Numbered from the stretch's first letter, positions 47,809-57,522 are shown. The stretch is 64,000 nt of DNA from Candidatus Norongarragalina meridionalis (GCA_902384935.1 CABMDO010000009.1:3152-67151); one strand, 5' to 3'. Program-made: numbers and translations. The notes: generated from the letters alone by a model not told the origin.

Positions 47809-48560
47809 GCGAATACACCGCCATCAAGGTGCTCTGGAAGCGCGAGCTGCTGCGGTTCGTGCGCGCCAAAAGCCGCATAGCGGGCAGCCTCGGCATGCCC
47901 CTCTTCTTTCTCCTGTTCCTTGGCACGGGGTTGAATTCCGCCATCTCGGGTACGGGCGGAAACTACATGGAATTCATCGCGCCCGGCATAATCGGCATGG
48001 TGCTGATGTTCTCGTCCGTGGCGAACGGGTTGATTGTCATAATGGACAGGCAGTTCGGGTTCCTCAAGGAGGTGCTCGTCGCGCCCGTAAGCAGATTGAG
48101 CATAGTCGCGGGCAAGATATTCGGAGGCGCGACGACGTCCATCGCCCAAGCAGCGATAATCATGCTGATCATGCCGTTCCTGGGCGTTTCCTTCGCGCTT
48201 TCGGGCATGATTACCGCGTTCGCGTTCATGGTGCTGATTTCGATCGCGTTCGTAGGCTTGGGAATCGCCATAGCGTCCAAGATGGAGGACATGCACGGGT
48301 TCCAGCTGGTAATGAATTTCCTCGTGATGCCCCTTTTCTTCCTGTCCGGCGCGCTCTTCCCGCTCACCAACCTTCCGTCGTGGCTGAAGGTGCTGACTAT
48401 GATAGACCCGCTCACCTACGGAATAGACGGGATGCGCGGCGCGCTTACGGGAAGCAGCGCGATGCCGCTATGGATGGACTTCGGGATTCTCGCGCTTTTC
48501 TGCGCCGCGATGATAGCGCTGGGCGCGTGGCTGTTCACGAAGAAAAGCACGGGCAACTAA
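47805..48560 (+). CDS. ABC-2 type exporter permease (DrrB-like)
   Basis: DRQFGFLKEVLVAP, PLFFLSGALFP, PLTYGIDG. Confidence 0.93.
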   Translation: MSEYTAIKVLWKRELLRFVRAKSRIAGSLGMPLFFLLFLGTGLNSAISGTGGNYMEFIAPGIIGMVLMFSSVANGLIVIMDRQFGFLKEVLVAPVSRLSIVAGKIFGGATTSIAQAAIIMLIMPFLGVSFALSGMITAFAFMVLISIAFVGLGIAIASKMEDMHGFQLVMNFLVMPLFFLSGALFPLTNLPSWLKVLTMIDPLTYGIDGMRGALTGSSAMPLWMDFGILALFCAAMIALGAWLFTKKSTGN

Positions 48561-48642
48561 AGCGCCGTAAAGCAATGCCGCGAAGAAATAATGCCCGGCT
48601 GCAACACTGCAGCATAACCGCAGCGTGCATTGCTTCCGAAAA

Positions 48643-48837
48643 TTAAGCTGCGCGGATAACCTGCAGCGGAATGGCCTTTTTCTCGAACTCTACTTTCGCG
48701 AGCAGCACCGCGTTTATCGAGCCTTCCGGCACTTCGATAAGCGGCGGGGCGCCCATGGCGAGCTGCAAAGCGCGCGCTCCCACGAGGCGGGCGCGCTCGT
48801 ACTTCGTCAGGTCGTCGTATTTTACCTTGTGAGTCAT
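48643..48837 (-). CDS. rpoK: RNA polymerase subunit Rpo6 (K)
   Basis: LTKYERARLVGARALQLAMGAP. Confidence 0.95.
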   Translation of the reverse strand: MTHKVKYDDLTKYERARLVGARALQLAMGAPPLIEVPEGSINAVLLAKVEFEKKAIPLQVIRAA

Positions 48838-48889
48838 AAGAATAACACCTTCGGACAATTAGTTTGCCCGACCTTTCTTTTAAACGTTC

Positions 48890-50062
48890 CTACATCAGCG
48901 ACTTTACGACCTTCAGCAGCGACGGCCGCTTTATCAGAAGCCTCGCCACAATGGGCTTGAAATCGCCGTCCATGAGCTTGCCCGCGTCTTTTCCGTCGAC
49001 GTTCTCGAATATGAAGTTCAGGTCGTCGTCCGAAAGCCCTTCCATGGTCTTGCGCAGCTTCAGGCGCTTCAGCATCGTCGCCCCTTCGCCCGCGTGCCAC
49101 TCCTTTTCGTAACGGACGAGCGCGTCGCGCGAGTAATCCTTGCGTTCGTGAGCCTCGGCGGCAACCTCCGCCGCGATTTTGCCCGCGGTGATCGCCAACC
49201 CCATGCCTCCGCCGTGAATCGGATCCACCATGTGCGCCGCGGTGCCTATAACCATGAAATTGTCCTGAACCAGCTGCTCCGAGGATGCGCCGACGCTGAT
49301 GTCGCCGCCCTTAACTTCGATTATCTCGGCGTGCTTGAAGCGTTCGGGGCGTTCGCGGATGAACGCGTCGAGCAGCGCCTTCGGGTCCGCGCCCGTTTCG
49401 CCGCCTACGCCGATGCCCACGTTCGCGACATCCTTGGCTTTCGGGAAAATCCAGACGTATCCGCGCGGGGATATCCTGTTCCCGAAGAAAAGCTCGATTA
49501 TCGGTTCGCACGGCACGTTCGCCATCTCGTACTCGTAGCATACGTCGGTATCGTAAAGCGTGTGCTGCACCTTCATGCCCGCCTTGCGCGCGATGGTGTT
49601 CTCCATTCCTTCGGCGGATACAACGAGGGGAGCGCGGAATTCGATTTCTTCTCCGAAGCGCTTCGCCTTGACGCCCACGATTTTCCCGTTCTCGCGCACC
49701 AAATCCGTAACAAGGGTTTTCGGCAGGATGTGCGCGCCCGCTCTAGCCGCGTCTATCGCAAGGAACTTGTCGAATATCTTGCGCTCGACGACTGCACCCT
49801 CGCCACCCATCTTGAACGTCGTGCCGTTCGGAGCGATTGCCATCGCGGCGTCGATTTTCATCGCTATGCTTTTCTCGTTGAGCGGCAAACCGTAGGAAGC
49901 GTCCCACTGCGTCGCGATTCCCTCGCCGCAGCGCACGGGCGAACCCAGGTCCTTCTTCTTCTCGAGAACTACGACGTTCATGCCCTTCTTTGCGGCTGTT
50001 TTCGCGAAGAACGAGCCGCCGGGGCCGCAACCTATGACAATCGCATCGTAATGTTCAGCCAT
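48890..50062 (-). CDS. Digeranylgeranylglycerophospholipid reductase (GGR)
   Basis: GCGPGG FAD motif, PVRCGEG, PRGYVWIFPK, GTAA..VDPIHGGG. Confidence 0.92.
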   Translation of the reverse strand: MAEHYDAIVIGCGPGGSFFAKTAAKKGMNVVVLEKKKDLGSPVRCGEGIATQWDASYGLPLNEKSIAMKIDAAMAIAPNGTTFKMGGEGAVVERKIFDKFLAIDAARAGAHILPKTLVTDLVRENGKIVGVKAKRFGEEIEFRAPLVVSAEGMENTIARKAGMKVQHTLYDTDVCYEYEMANVPCEPIIELFFGNRISPRGYVWIFPKAKDVANVGIGVGGETGADPKALLDAFIRERPERFKHAEIIEVKGGDISVGASSEQLVQDNFMVIGTAAHMVDPIHGGGMGLAITAGKIAAEVAAEAHERKDYSRDALVRYEKEWHAGEGATMLKRLKLRKTMEGLSDDDLNFIFENVDGKDAGKLMDGDFKPIVARLLIKRPSLLKVVKSLM

Positions 50063-50063
50063 T

Positions 50064-50237
50064 TCATTCTACCCTTATGGCGCGCGCGGGGCATCCTTTC
50101 ACGCAGATGCCGCATTTCGTGCACTTGGATTCGTCGCACACCACGTTAGTTTCAACGAGGGTCAGCGCCGTGAACGGGCACAACGACACGCATCCCCCGC
50201 AGTAAAAGCACTTCGATTTGTCAACCTTATGCGTCAT
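50064..50237 (-). CDS. 2x[4Fe-4S] ferredoxin (57 aa, absent from the ORF track)
   Basis: MTHKVDKSKCFYCGGCVSLCP...CTKCGICVKGCPARAI contains two CxxCxxCxxxCP motifs. Directly upstream of the GGR gene. Confidence 0.92.
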   Translation of the reverse strand: MTHKVDKSKCFYCGGCVSLCPFTALTLVETNVVCDESKCTKCGICVKGCPARAIRVE

Positions 50238-50337
50238 CCCCCATCAACACCTTTCTGGAATTATGGGCGTAACGCACAAAAACCTTTGCCTTGCCCCTGC
50301 GCGCGACTACGCTAAGGCGCCTATATATACTTGCGGG

Positions 50338-50943
50338 ATGGAAGTGTTTTTAGGTGATGATGTGCCGATTGGAGGCAGAGCGGGAAAACGCGATAATTTG
50401 AGGCTATGGGAACGCAGGTTCCCTAAAACGGCGTTCGAACACCATACCAAAATCATGAATGCGGAGCAGGAAATCGCAGAAGTGCTCCAGAGGGATGCGG
50501 TACGGGAAGCGATTTTGTCGAAGGAAAAAACACCGGAACAGATGAGACTCCTTGAAACCGCCAGTAAAGAAATAAAAATACTGGCAAAGAAGGCGAAGGA
50601 ACCGACTACGCTCGCAATTTCGGCAAAAGTTGGCGGAGGGATGGTGCTGGGCGCACTGTTCGGAGCGTTGTTTCCAGACACCACGAGTCTTAGTCAACTA
50701 GGCCACATCGGCGTAAATACTGTGGGGGGCACTTCATTGGGCTTGGGCGCGCTGCTGCCGAATTACATACCCAAAAAGGATGAGAGGCGCATAAAAAAAC
50801 TCATTAATAACAAAATATTGACGCCCAAACAGCGCGAAGAGGTCTACGACTTCACAGTGAATAGACTGGTTCAGAGCGCAGACAAACGGAAGGAAACGCT
50901 GCGGCAACTGGGCGAATACCAAAAGCAACGCCTGATGAAGTAG
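50338..50943 (+). CDS. Hypothetical protein with a Gly-rich hydrophobic hairpin
   Basis: ATG shortly after a tatatata box. Lower GC. VGGGMVLGALFG and VGGTSLGLGALL segments. Confidence 0.6.
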   Translation: MEVFLGDDVPIGGRAGKRDNLRLWERRFPKTAFEHHTKIMNAEQEIAEVLQRDAVREAILSKEKTPEQMRLLETASKEIKILAKKAKEPTTLAISAKVGGGMVLGALFGALFPDTTSLSQLGHIGVNTVGGTSLGLGALLPNYIPKKDERRIKKLINNKILTPKQREEVYDFTVNRLVQSADKRKETLRQLGEYQKQRLMK

Positions 50944-50961
50944 AAGCGTTGCGCGCGGCGT

Positions 50962-51633
50962 TTATTCGAACGAATTGTATTCCGACGAGTTGAACTCGTA
51001 CAGGCTCTTGGTGAAACGCCTTCCCTCGAAAGCCAGCGAAGAAAGCAAATCCTCGAGCGAAGGGCCCGAAAGCATCGCCTCGTTCTCCGAAGACGCGTCC
51101 AGCACGTACCATACTCCCGCGTAGGAGAAGCATACAACCGGGTGCTTGAGCCCTCCTTCGAGTTCGACGACTCGCACAACCGCGTTCCCACCGCCGTACG
51201 CCAGCAGTGAGCAGAGAATAACCGCCCTGTCAAAGGAATCCGCCACGCCCAACTCGAAGACATCCTTTGCGGACAGCCAGAAAGAGATGTCCAAATCCGC
51301 GTGCATGGGGCGGAGCTTCCGCACGAGTTCAAGGCTGCTTTTCGCGAACTCCAGGAACTTCGCCTCGAACGAATATCCGTCAATAGCAGCCGAGAGCCTT
51401 CCTCCCGCCTCCTTTATCGCCGCGTCTTCCGCGTTCACAAGCGCCTTGAGCTCGGGAATGGTTTTCTGCTCCCCGAGGTTTATCACCTCGGCGTAGCGCT
51501 CGATAATCTTGCGATAATAAGCCGCCCTAAGCCCCTCGTCCCCGTCGTGCGTTTCGTGCGCGTGCGTTTCCTTCGCGGGTTTCGCGCCCTCTTTTTTCGC
51601 CTTTATGAACGAAACGAGGTCGTCCAAAGCCAC
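50962..51633 (-). CDS. Hypothetical protein, transglutaminase-like fold (catalytic Cys apparently absent)
   Basis: FW....V...G.AD..D.A..LCSLL, H..V, WYVLDAS. Confidence 0.6.
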   Translation of the reverse strand: MALDDLVSFIKAKKEGAKPAKETHAHETHDGDEGLRAAYYRKIIERYAEVINLGEQKTIPELKALVNAEDAAIKEAGGRLSAAIDGYSFEAKFLEFAKSSLELVRKLRPMHADLDISFWLSAKDVFELGVADSFDRAVILCSLLAYGGGNAVVRVVELEGGLKHPVVCFSYAGVWYVLDASSENEAMLSGPSLEDLLSSLAFEGRRFTKSLYEFNSSEYNSFE

Positions 51634-51720
51634 GCTTTATTAACGTCGGCGCGCCTAATAAGCTTATAGAAATGGGGAACGCGGGAAGGAAACTTCCCGC
51701 CTTCCGCCCTTTCGGAGTGA

Positions 51721-53031
51721 TTGGTTAGTTTGGAGATTAGTTTCTACGGCGGAGCTTCCGAGGTCGGACGCTCCTGCGTCGTCATCGACGACAAGCGCAA
51801 GCGCTACATGCTTGATTGCGGAGTCAAACTCGATTCCGAGGACGAACATTACCCCGCCATCGAGGCGCGGGACATACGCCGCGTGAACCATGCGATTCTG
51901 TCGCACGCGCACCTGGACCATTCGGGGTACATGCCGGGGCTTTACGCGGAAGGATACCGCGGCGACGTGCTGCTTACCAAGCCGACGCGCGACTTGATAC
52001 AGCTTCTTCTCGCGGACTACATACGCCTCAACAAGGGCGCGTCCGCATACAAGGAGCCAGACGTCAAAAAAATGCTGGGCGCAACTAAGATGCTCGAGCT
52101 CGGCGCGAAGCACGGCGACGTTGTTTTCCACGAGGCGGGGCACATACTCGGCAGCGTGATGACGGAACTGAACCTTTCAAAGAAGGTTCTCTACACTGGC
52201 GACGTCAACGTCCGTCCGTCAAGGCTGCTCGACGGAGCCGCGCGGAACGTCGACGCCGAGGTGCTGATAATAGAGAGCACGTACGGCGCCAAGGAGGACG
52301 TGCACGTCCCGATAAAGGACGCGTCCAACACGCTCATAAAATCCATAAACGCGACTTTCGCCAAAGGCGGCAAGGTGGTCATCCCGACGTTCGCCATCGG
52401 GCGCGGACAGGAAATACTGTTCACGCTGGAGAACTTCCTGCGTTCGGGCGCGCTGAAGAAGACGCCGATTTACCTGGACGGGATGATAACGAAGGCGCTT
52501 CGGATTTACCGCCACAACGCGATTTATTTAAAGAGAGAGGTGCAGCGCCGCATACTCACGAGCGACGACGACCCTTTCAAGAGCGAGTTCTATTTCACGC
52601 CCGAAACCAAGGACCGTTCCGACGTGATAGCGCAGGAGCGCGCCATCATACTCACGACGAGCGGAATGCTCAACGGCGGGCCCGTTCTCACGTACCTGAA
52701 GAAGATGGCCCCCGAGAAGAAGAACAAGGTGATACTCGTGGGTTTCCAGGCAAAGGGTACGCGGGGGCGCGAACTGCTCGAGGGAGCGGACGTGCTCACG
52801 ATAGACGACGAGAAAATCCCGGTGAACATGGAAGTCGACCAGGCGCCGTTCAGCGGGCACAGCGACTGGCGCGAACTTCTCGAGCTCGTGCGCGGCATGA
52901 AGAAGCTCAAGAAAATATACGTGATGCACGGCGAGCAGGAAAAGGCGGCGGCGTTTGCGGAAACGCTCTCGCACGAGTTCAAGCGTGTTTCCGTGGATGT
53001 GCCGAAGCTCGGGGAAACTTTCAGGGTGTGA
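51721..53031 (+). CDS. Beta-CASP metallo-beta-lactamase ribonuclease
   Basis: EVGRS, LDCG, SHAHLDHSG, AGHILGS, ESTYG, FSGHSD, VMHGE. Confidence 0.93.
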   Translation: MVSLEISFYGGASEVGRSCVVIDDKRKRYMLDCGVKLDSEDEHYPAIEARDIRRVNHAILSHAHLDHSGYMPGLYAEGYRGDVLLTKPTRDLIQLLLADYIRLNKGASAYKEPDVKKMLGATKMLELGAKHGDVVFHEAGHILGSVMTELNLSKKVLYTGDVNVRPSRLLDGAARNVDAEVLIIESTYGAKEDVHVPIKDASNTLIKSINATFAKGGKVVIPTFAIGRGQEILFTLENFLRSGALKKTPIYLDGMITKALRIYRHNAIYLKREVQRRILTSDDDPFKSEFYFTPETKDRSDVIAQERAIILTTSGMLNGGPVLTYLKKMAPEKKNKVILVGFQAKGTRGRELLEGADVLTIDDEKIPVNMEVDQAPFSGHSDWRELLELVRGMKKLKKIYVMHGEQEKAAAFAETLSHEFKRVSVDVPKLGETFRV

Positions 53032-53033
53032 CG

Positions 53034-53423
53034 ATGGAAATAAGGACGAAGAAGCGCATCGAATTCGCGGACATTACGGAAGAAGTGGAAAGAGCAGCCG
53101 CCAAAATCAAAAGCGGCGTCGCCTGCATAACCACGAAGCACACCACAACTGGCATAAAAATCATGGAATCCGAGGCGGGATTGCTGCGCGACTACGAGCG
53201 GGCACTTGCGAATGTCCTGCCGAAGCCGCCCTACGAGCACGACCGCTCGCACTGCGGGGACGGGAACGCCGACGCGCACCTGAAGGCGCTCTTTCTTCCG
53301 TCGAGCGAGTGCGTCCCCGTTGAAAACTACAAACTCGTGCTGGGAACGTGGCAGCGCGTCTTTTTCGTGGAACTCGACGGGCCCAAGGAAAGAAGCGTGA
53401 CAATAAAGGTGCTCGAAGGATGA
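53034..53423 (+). CDS. YjbQ/UPF0047 family protein
   Basis: HTTTGI...E, GNADAHLK, LGTWQ..FFVELDGP. Confidence 0.92.
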   Translation: MEIRTKKRIEFADITEEVERAAAKIKSGVACITTKHTTTGIKIMESEAGLLRDYERALANVLPKPPYEHDRSHCGDGNADAHLKALFLPSSECVPVENYKLVLGTWQRVFFVELDGPKERSVTIKVLEG

Positions 53424-54490
53424 GCGAGGTAATTGCACGATACGCCTACCGAGCGAAGCTTCCCGCGCGGGAAACCGCCGAAAAAATCGCGCTAGAATCG
53501 AGCACGGTAATCTGGAAATACAAAAACCGCGACTTGCGGAAAAAGCACGCCGCCCGCGTGGTTTCCGCAACTAAAAACGGCGCGACGATCGCATTCCCGC
53601 TAGAGAATTTCGGCTGCTCCATAACCAAAATGCTGAGCGCGGTTGCCGGGGAAGGCGTTTTTTACTCGGGCGCTGCTGAAAACGTCGAACTCGCCGACGT
53701 TCAGCTTCCGGCCTCGTTTCTGCGCGGCTTTAAAGGCCCGGCTTTCGGCGTCGCGGGCATCCGAAAGCGCCTTCGCGTTTACAAACGCCCGTTATTCTGC
53801 GGCGTGGTGAAACCCAACATAGGTTTGAAGCCCGCCGAGTTCGCACAACTCGCCTACGAGGGGCTGGCGGGCGGATTGGACATGGTAAAGGATGACGAGA
53901 TGCAGGCTGACGAGTCCTATTCGCGGCTGGCGCAGCGCGTGCGCCTGACCATGCGGGCACTCCACAAGGCGGAGCAGGAAACAGGCGAGAAAAAACTTTA
54001 CGTCGCGAACATAACCGACGACGCCGACAATATCGCGGAGCTGCACGACGTCGTGACGGAGAATGGAGGAAACGCGGCAATGCTTAACGCGTTCCCCGCG
54101 GGCATTACGTCCGCCTCGCTTGTCCCGAAAACTATCCCTCTGATGGCGCACTTCACCGTTTCCGCTTCCTGCACGAGAATCGCGCCGCACGTGCTTACGC
54201 TTTTACAACGCATTGCGGGATTCGACATAATCGGAAATCCCGGACTCGGGAAGAGAATGGGGAGCGATGCGGCGAAAGTAATGGCGAACGCGAAAGCATG
54301 CCGCGGAAAACTCGGTTCGCTCCGTCCTTCGCTTCCGGCATTCGGCGGCAGCGATTCCGCGAAAACTCTTTCCCGCTATTCGTTCCTGGGCAATGATGTC
54401 ATGATAATCATGGGCGGCGGAGTTTACGGCCATCCCCGCGGCGCGCGTGCGGGAGCCGAAAGCGTGCGCGACGCATGGCTGAGACGATAA
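53420..54490 (+). CDS. RuBisCO-like protein, form IV (Photo-like clade)
   Basis: KPNIGL, KDDEM.AD, AHF, PG.G.RM, GGSDSA, GHP.G..AGA. Lacks the KPK, HRA and loop-6 Lys of true RuBisCOs. Confidence 0.88.
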   Translation: MSEVIARYAYRAKLPARETAEKIALESSTVIWKYKNRDLRKKHAARVVSATKNGATIAFPLENFGCSITKMLSAVAGEGVFYSGAAENVELADVQLPASFLRGFKGPAFGVAGIRKRLRVYKRPLFCGVVKPNIGLKPAEFAQLAYEGLAGGLDMVKDDEMQADESYSRLAQRVRLTMRALHKAEQETGEKKLYVANITDDADNIAELHDVVTENGGNAAMLNAFPAGITSASLVPKTIPLMAHFTVSASCTRIAPHVLTLLQRIAGFDIIGNPGLGKRMGSDAAKVMANAKACRGKLGSLRPSLPAFGGSDSAKTLSRYSFLGNDVMIIMGGGVYGHPRGARAGAESVRDAWLRR

Positions 54491-54493
54491 GCG

Positions 54494-55246
54494 ATGGACC
54501 TCTTTTCCGCGATATTCCTCGGCGCGCTCCAGGGCATAACCGAGTGGCTTCCCGTTTCTTCTTCGGCGCATCTGGCGCTCGCCCAGCACTACCTCGGCAT
54601 AAGCGCGCCCGTATCGTTCGACATAATGCTCCATCTCGGAACGCTGATAGCGGTTTCGGTATATTTCCGAAAAGAAATCGCGGAAATAATGGAACGCCGC
54701 GACGCCCGCTACCTCGCCCTAATTGCCGTCGCCCTCATTCCAACCGCGATAATCGGATTCGCGTTCAAGGATTCCTTCGAAGCGATGTTCTCGCGGATGC
54801 CGATGATAGCCGCAGCCCTGCTGATAACCGGAGCGTTCCTTTTCATCGCGGAAAAATTATCCCGCGAAGGAAGGAAGCTGGGATTCGTTCCCGCGTTCGT
54901 TATCGGCGTCGCACAAGGAATCGCGGTTGCTCCGGGAATATCCAGGAGCGGAGCCACAATCGGCACGGGAATGCTCCTCGGAATCAAGCGCGAGGAAGCG
55001 GCGAAGTTCTCGTTCCTGCTCGCGATACCCGCGGTTCTCGGCGCGTCGGCGCTCGAGGGCGTCAAGGCGTTCTCGTTCGCGGGAATCGGAACCGCCGAAA
55101 TAATCGCCGGAACCGCGGCGGCGGCGATAGTCGGCTATTTTTCAATAGGGCTGATGCTCGACTTCCTGCGCAAAGGAAGGCTTTACGTGTTTTCGGCTTA
55201 CTGCGTGCTGCTCGCGTTCGCGATTCTCCTGTTCGGGGCGGCGTAA
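54494..55246 (+). CDS. uppP: Undecaprenyl-diphosphate phosphatase (BacA)
   Basis: QGITEWLPVSSSAH, LHLGT, PGISRSGAT, FSFLLAIP. Confidence 0.95.
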   Translation: MDLFSAIFLGALQGITEWLPVSSSAHLALAQHYLGISAPVSFDIMLHLGTLIAVSVYFRKEIAEIMERRDARYLALIAVALIPTAIIGFAFKDSFEAMFSRMPMIAAALLITGAFLFIAEKLSREGRKLGFVPAFVIGVAQGIAVAPGISRSGATIGTGMLLGIKREEAAKFSFLLAIPAVLGASALEGVKAFSFAGIGTAEIIAGTAAAAIVGYFSIGLMLDFLRKGRLYVFSAYCVLLAFAILLFGAA

Positions 55247-55894
55247 ATGGAATACAATGAAATAATCCGCGAATTACGCGCCGAGGCAAATCCGAAGAAC
55301 GTCGAAGGCATGTCGCGCTTCGGCATAAACCCGAAAAACACGCTGGGCGTTTGCGTTCCGAAAATCCGCGCGCTTGCGAAGAAAATCGGAAAAAACCACG
55401 GACTCGCGCCGAAGCTCTGGGCATCCGGAATTCACGAGGCGCGGCTGCTCGCGACGATGATTGAAGAACCCGCCAAGGTTACGGAAGCGCAGATGGAGCG
55501 CTGGGCGAAGGATTTCGACTCATGGGGCGTATGCGACCAGGCGTGCATGAACCTCTTCGACAAGACGCCGTACGCCTGGAAAAAAGCGGTTGCGTGGACG
55601 TCGCGCAGGGAGGAATTCGTCAAGCGCGCGGGCTTCGCGCTCATGGCGTCCCTGGCGGTGCACGACAAGAAAGCCGAAGACGGAAAATTCCTGAAACTCC
55701 TGCCGCTCATCGTCCGCGAATCCGACGACAACCGCAATTTCGTGAAAAAAGCGGCGAACTGGGCGTTGAGGCAGATAGGCAAGCGAAACGGAAGACTGAG
55801 AAAAGAGGCGGTAAAAACCGCCAAGCTGATTCTGAGGAAGGATTCCCCGTCGGCGCGCTGGATCGCGTCCGACGCGCTGCGCGAACTCACCTGA
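55247..55894 (+). CDS. AlkD-family DNA alkylation repair protein
   Basis: GV.VP.IR.LAK, LW......EAR, DSW.VCD, FVKKAANWALRQIGKRN. Confidence 0.9.
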   Translation: MEYNEIIRELRAEANPKNVEGMSRFGINPKNTLGVCVPKIRALAKKIGKNHGLAPKLWASGIHEARLLATMIEEPAKVTEAQMERWAKDFDSWGVCDQACMNLFDKTPYAWKKAVAWTSRREEFVKRAGFALMASLAVHDKKAEDGKFLKLLPLIVRESDDNRNFVKKAANWALRQIGKRNGRLRKEAVKTAKLILRKDSPSARWIASDALRELT

Positions 55895-55906
55895 GTTTTT
55901 AAATTC

Positions 55907-56599
55907 TTGCGGCGTAATGGTTTCGTGGGCAGGCTCCCGATGCTAATCGCGCTGTGCTTATGCGTAGCGCTGCTCGGCTGCGTGCAGCAAGCGCCTCCTG
56001 CAACGCAAAACGGAACCGTGCCGTCCGCGCTGCCGAGCGTCGAGGTGCGGGAATACAACGGCGAACGGCTCTCAACAGCCGACGATTTCAGGGAAAACTC
56101 CATAAGCGGACCGCAGTACGTGGACGAAAGCGCGTACCGCCTGAAGATAACGGGACTCGTCGAAACGCCGCGCAGCTACACGTACGACGAAGTCGTTAAC
56201 GGACACGCGCGTTACTCGAAAGTCGTGGACCTCAACTGCGTCGAGGGCTGGAGCGTAAAAATACTCTGGGAAGGCGTGCTAGTCAGCGACCTGCTCAAGG
56301 AAGCGAAGCCTCTTCCCGGCGCGAAAACCGTGATATTCCGAGCCTACGACGGCTACACGTCGGGATTTCCGCTGGAATATTTCAACAACGACATAATCAT
56401 GGCGTATAAAATGAACAATGCGACGCTCCGCCCCGACAGGGGATTCCCGTTCCAGCTCGTGGCTGAAAGCAAGTGGGGCTACAAGTGGGTTAAATGGATA
56501 ACAGAGATAGAATTGTCTAACGACACGAACTTCAAAGGATACTGGGAAAGCAGGGGATACGCGAAGGAAGGGGACCTGAACAGCAGCTTCATCGGATGA
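55907..56599 (+). CDS. Molybdopterin-dependent oxidoreductase (sulfite oxidase/MsrP-like), probable lipoprotein
   Basis: ALLGC lipobox, LNCVEGWS, GFPFQLV...KWGYKWVKWI..I, GYWE.RGY. Start uncertain. Confidence 0.88.
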   Translation: MRRNGFVGRLPMLIALCLCVALLGCVQQAPPATQNGTVPSALPSVEVREYNGERLSTADDFRENSISGPQYVDESAYRLKITGLVETPRSYTYDEVVNGHARYSKVVDLNCVEGWSVKILWEGVLVSDLLKEAKPLPGAKTVIFRAYDGYTSGFPLEYFNNDIIMAYKMNNATLRPDRGFPFQLVAESKWGYKWVKWITEIELSNDTNFKGYWESRGYAKEGDLNSSFIG

Positions 56600-56603
56600 G
56601 CGC

Positions 56604-56825
56604 ATGAATTGGAAGAAAATAGTGCACTGGACGCTTCTGGCGGTCATAATCGTCTACATAGTGACTGGTTTGGGCATAACCGAATACCGAACCGTCGAGC
56701 CTTTGACGTTCGGGATGCTGACGAAACCTCTCGCGTTCCAGATACACTACGACCTGATCATCCCGTTCGTCCTCCTGCTCGCGCTGCACGTCGCGTTGAC
56801 ACTCAAGGACAGGAAAAAACGCTAG
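56604..56825 (+). CDS. Small 2-TM His-containing membrane protein (possible heme-b partner)
   Basis: VHW...VTG.G...IHY...LHV. 4 nt after the oxidoreductase. Confidence 0.65.
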   Translation: MNWKKIVHWTLLAVIIVYIVTGLGITEYRTVEPLTFGMLTKPLAFQIHYDLIIPFVLLLALHVALTLKDRKKR

Positions 56826-56832
56826 AACGTCC

Positions 56833-57216
56833 TCATTTCTTTTCGTCTTTGAAATCCAGCGAAACCGAATTGATGCAGTACCTTTTCCCCGTAGGCTGCG
56901 GCCCATCGCCGAAAACGTGGCCGAGATGGCTGCCGCATTTCGCGCAAAGAACCTCGGTGCGCGGGACGATAATGCTCGTATCGGTCTTGAAGGTCACACT
57001 TCTCGGAATCGCGTCGTAAAAGCTCGGCCAGCCCGTTCCAGAATCGAACTTCGTCTTGGAGTCGAAAAGCATGTTCCCGCACACCTTGCAGACGAACTTT
57101 CCCGTGCCCTTGACGTGAAGCAGGGAACCGCTGAACGGCGGCTCCGTTCCGCACTGCTGCGTCACGCGGTACTCCTCGGCGGTTAGTTTTTTCTTCAACT
57201 CCGAATCAGACGGCAT
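56833..57216 (-). CDS. msrB: Peptide methionine-(R)-sulfoxide reductase
   Basis: GTEPPF, CKVC, KFDSGTGWPSF, CAKCGSHLGHVF.DGP, RYCINS. Confidence 0.97.
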   Translation of the reverse strand: MPSDSELKKKLTAEEYRVTQQCGTEPPFSGSLLHVKGTGKFVCKVCGNMLFDSKTKFDSGTGWPSFYDAIPRSVTFKTDTSIIVPRTEVLCAKCGSHLGHVFGDGPQPTGKRYCINSVSLDFKDEKK

Positions 57217-57250
57217 GAAAAGCGTTACCGTTGCGGATATAAAAAAGAAC

Positions 57251-57325
57251 TGCTCCGATCGGGATTTGAACCCGAGTTACCGGCTTGAAAGGCCAGCGTC
57301 CTTGGCCGGACTAGACGATCGGAGC
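57251..57325 (-). tRNA. tRNA-Glu (TTC), intronless, CCA not encoded
   Basis: Reverse complement folds with acceptor stem GCTCCGA/TCGGAGC, anticodon loop CTTTCAA and T-loop GGTTCAAATCC. Poly-T follows. Confidence 0.95.
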
Positions 57326-57363
57326 GCGGAGTAAGTTAGGAGCGGAATTGCTTAAAAAAGCGC

Positions 57364-57522
57364 CTACTGGATGGAGCGAAGGAACCCGTTCGCGTCCTCC
57401 TTGTAGACGCGGGAGCAGTTCACGCACTTGAACGTCCCTTCCGACGGGTTGTGCGTCATCTCGTACGCGACGTCCGTCTGCGTGAAACACTTCGGGCACC
57501 TAGCCTCGCACGGCAACACCAT
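57364..57522 (-). CDS. 52-aa zinc-ribbon protein (absent from the ORF track)
   Basis: MVLPCEARCPKCFTQ...FKCVNCSRVYKEDANGFLRSIQ. GAGG ribosome-binding site, directly after the PRC-barrel gene. Confidence 0.7.
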   Translation of the reverse strand: MVLPCEARCPKCFTQTDVAYEMTHNPSEGTFKCVNCSRVYKEDANGFLRSIQ

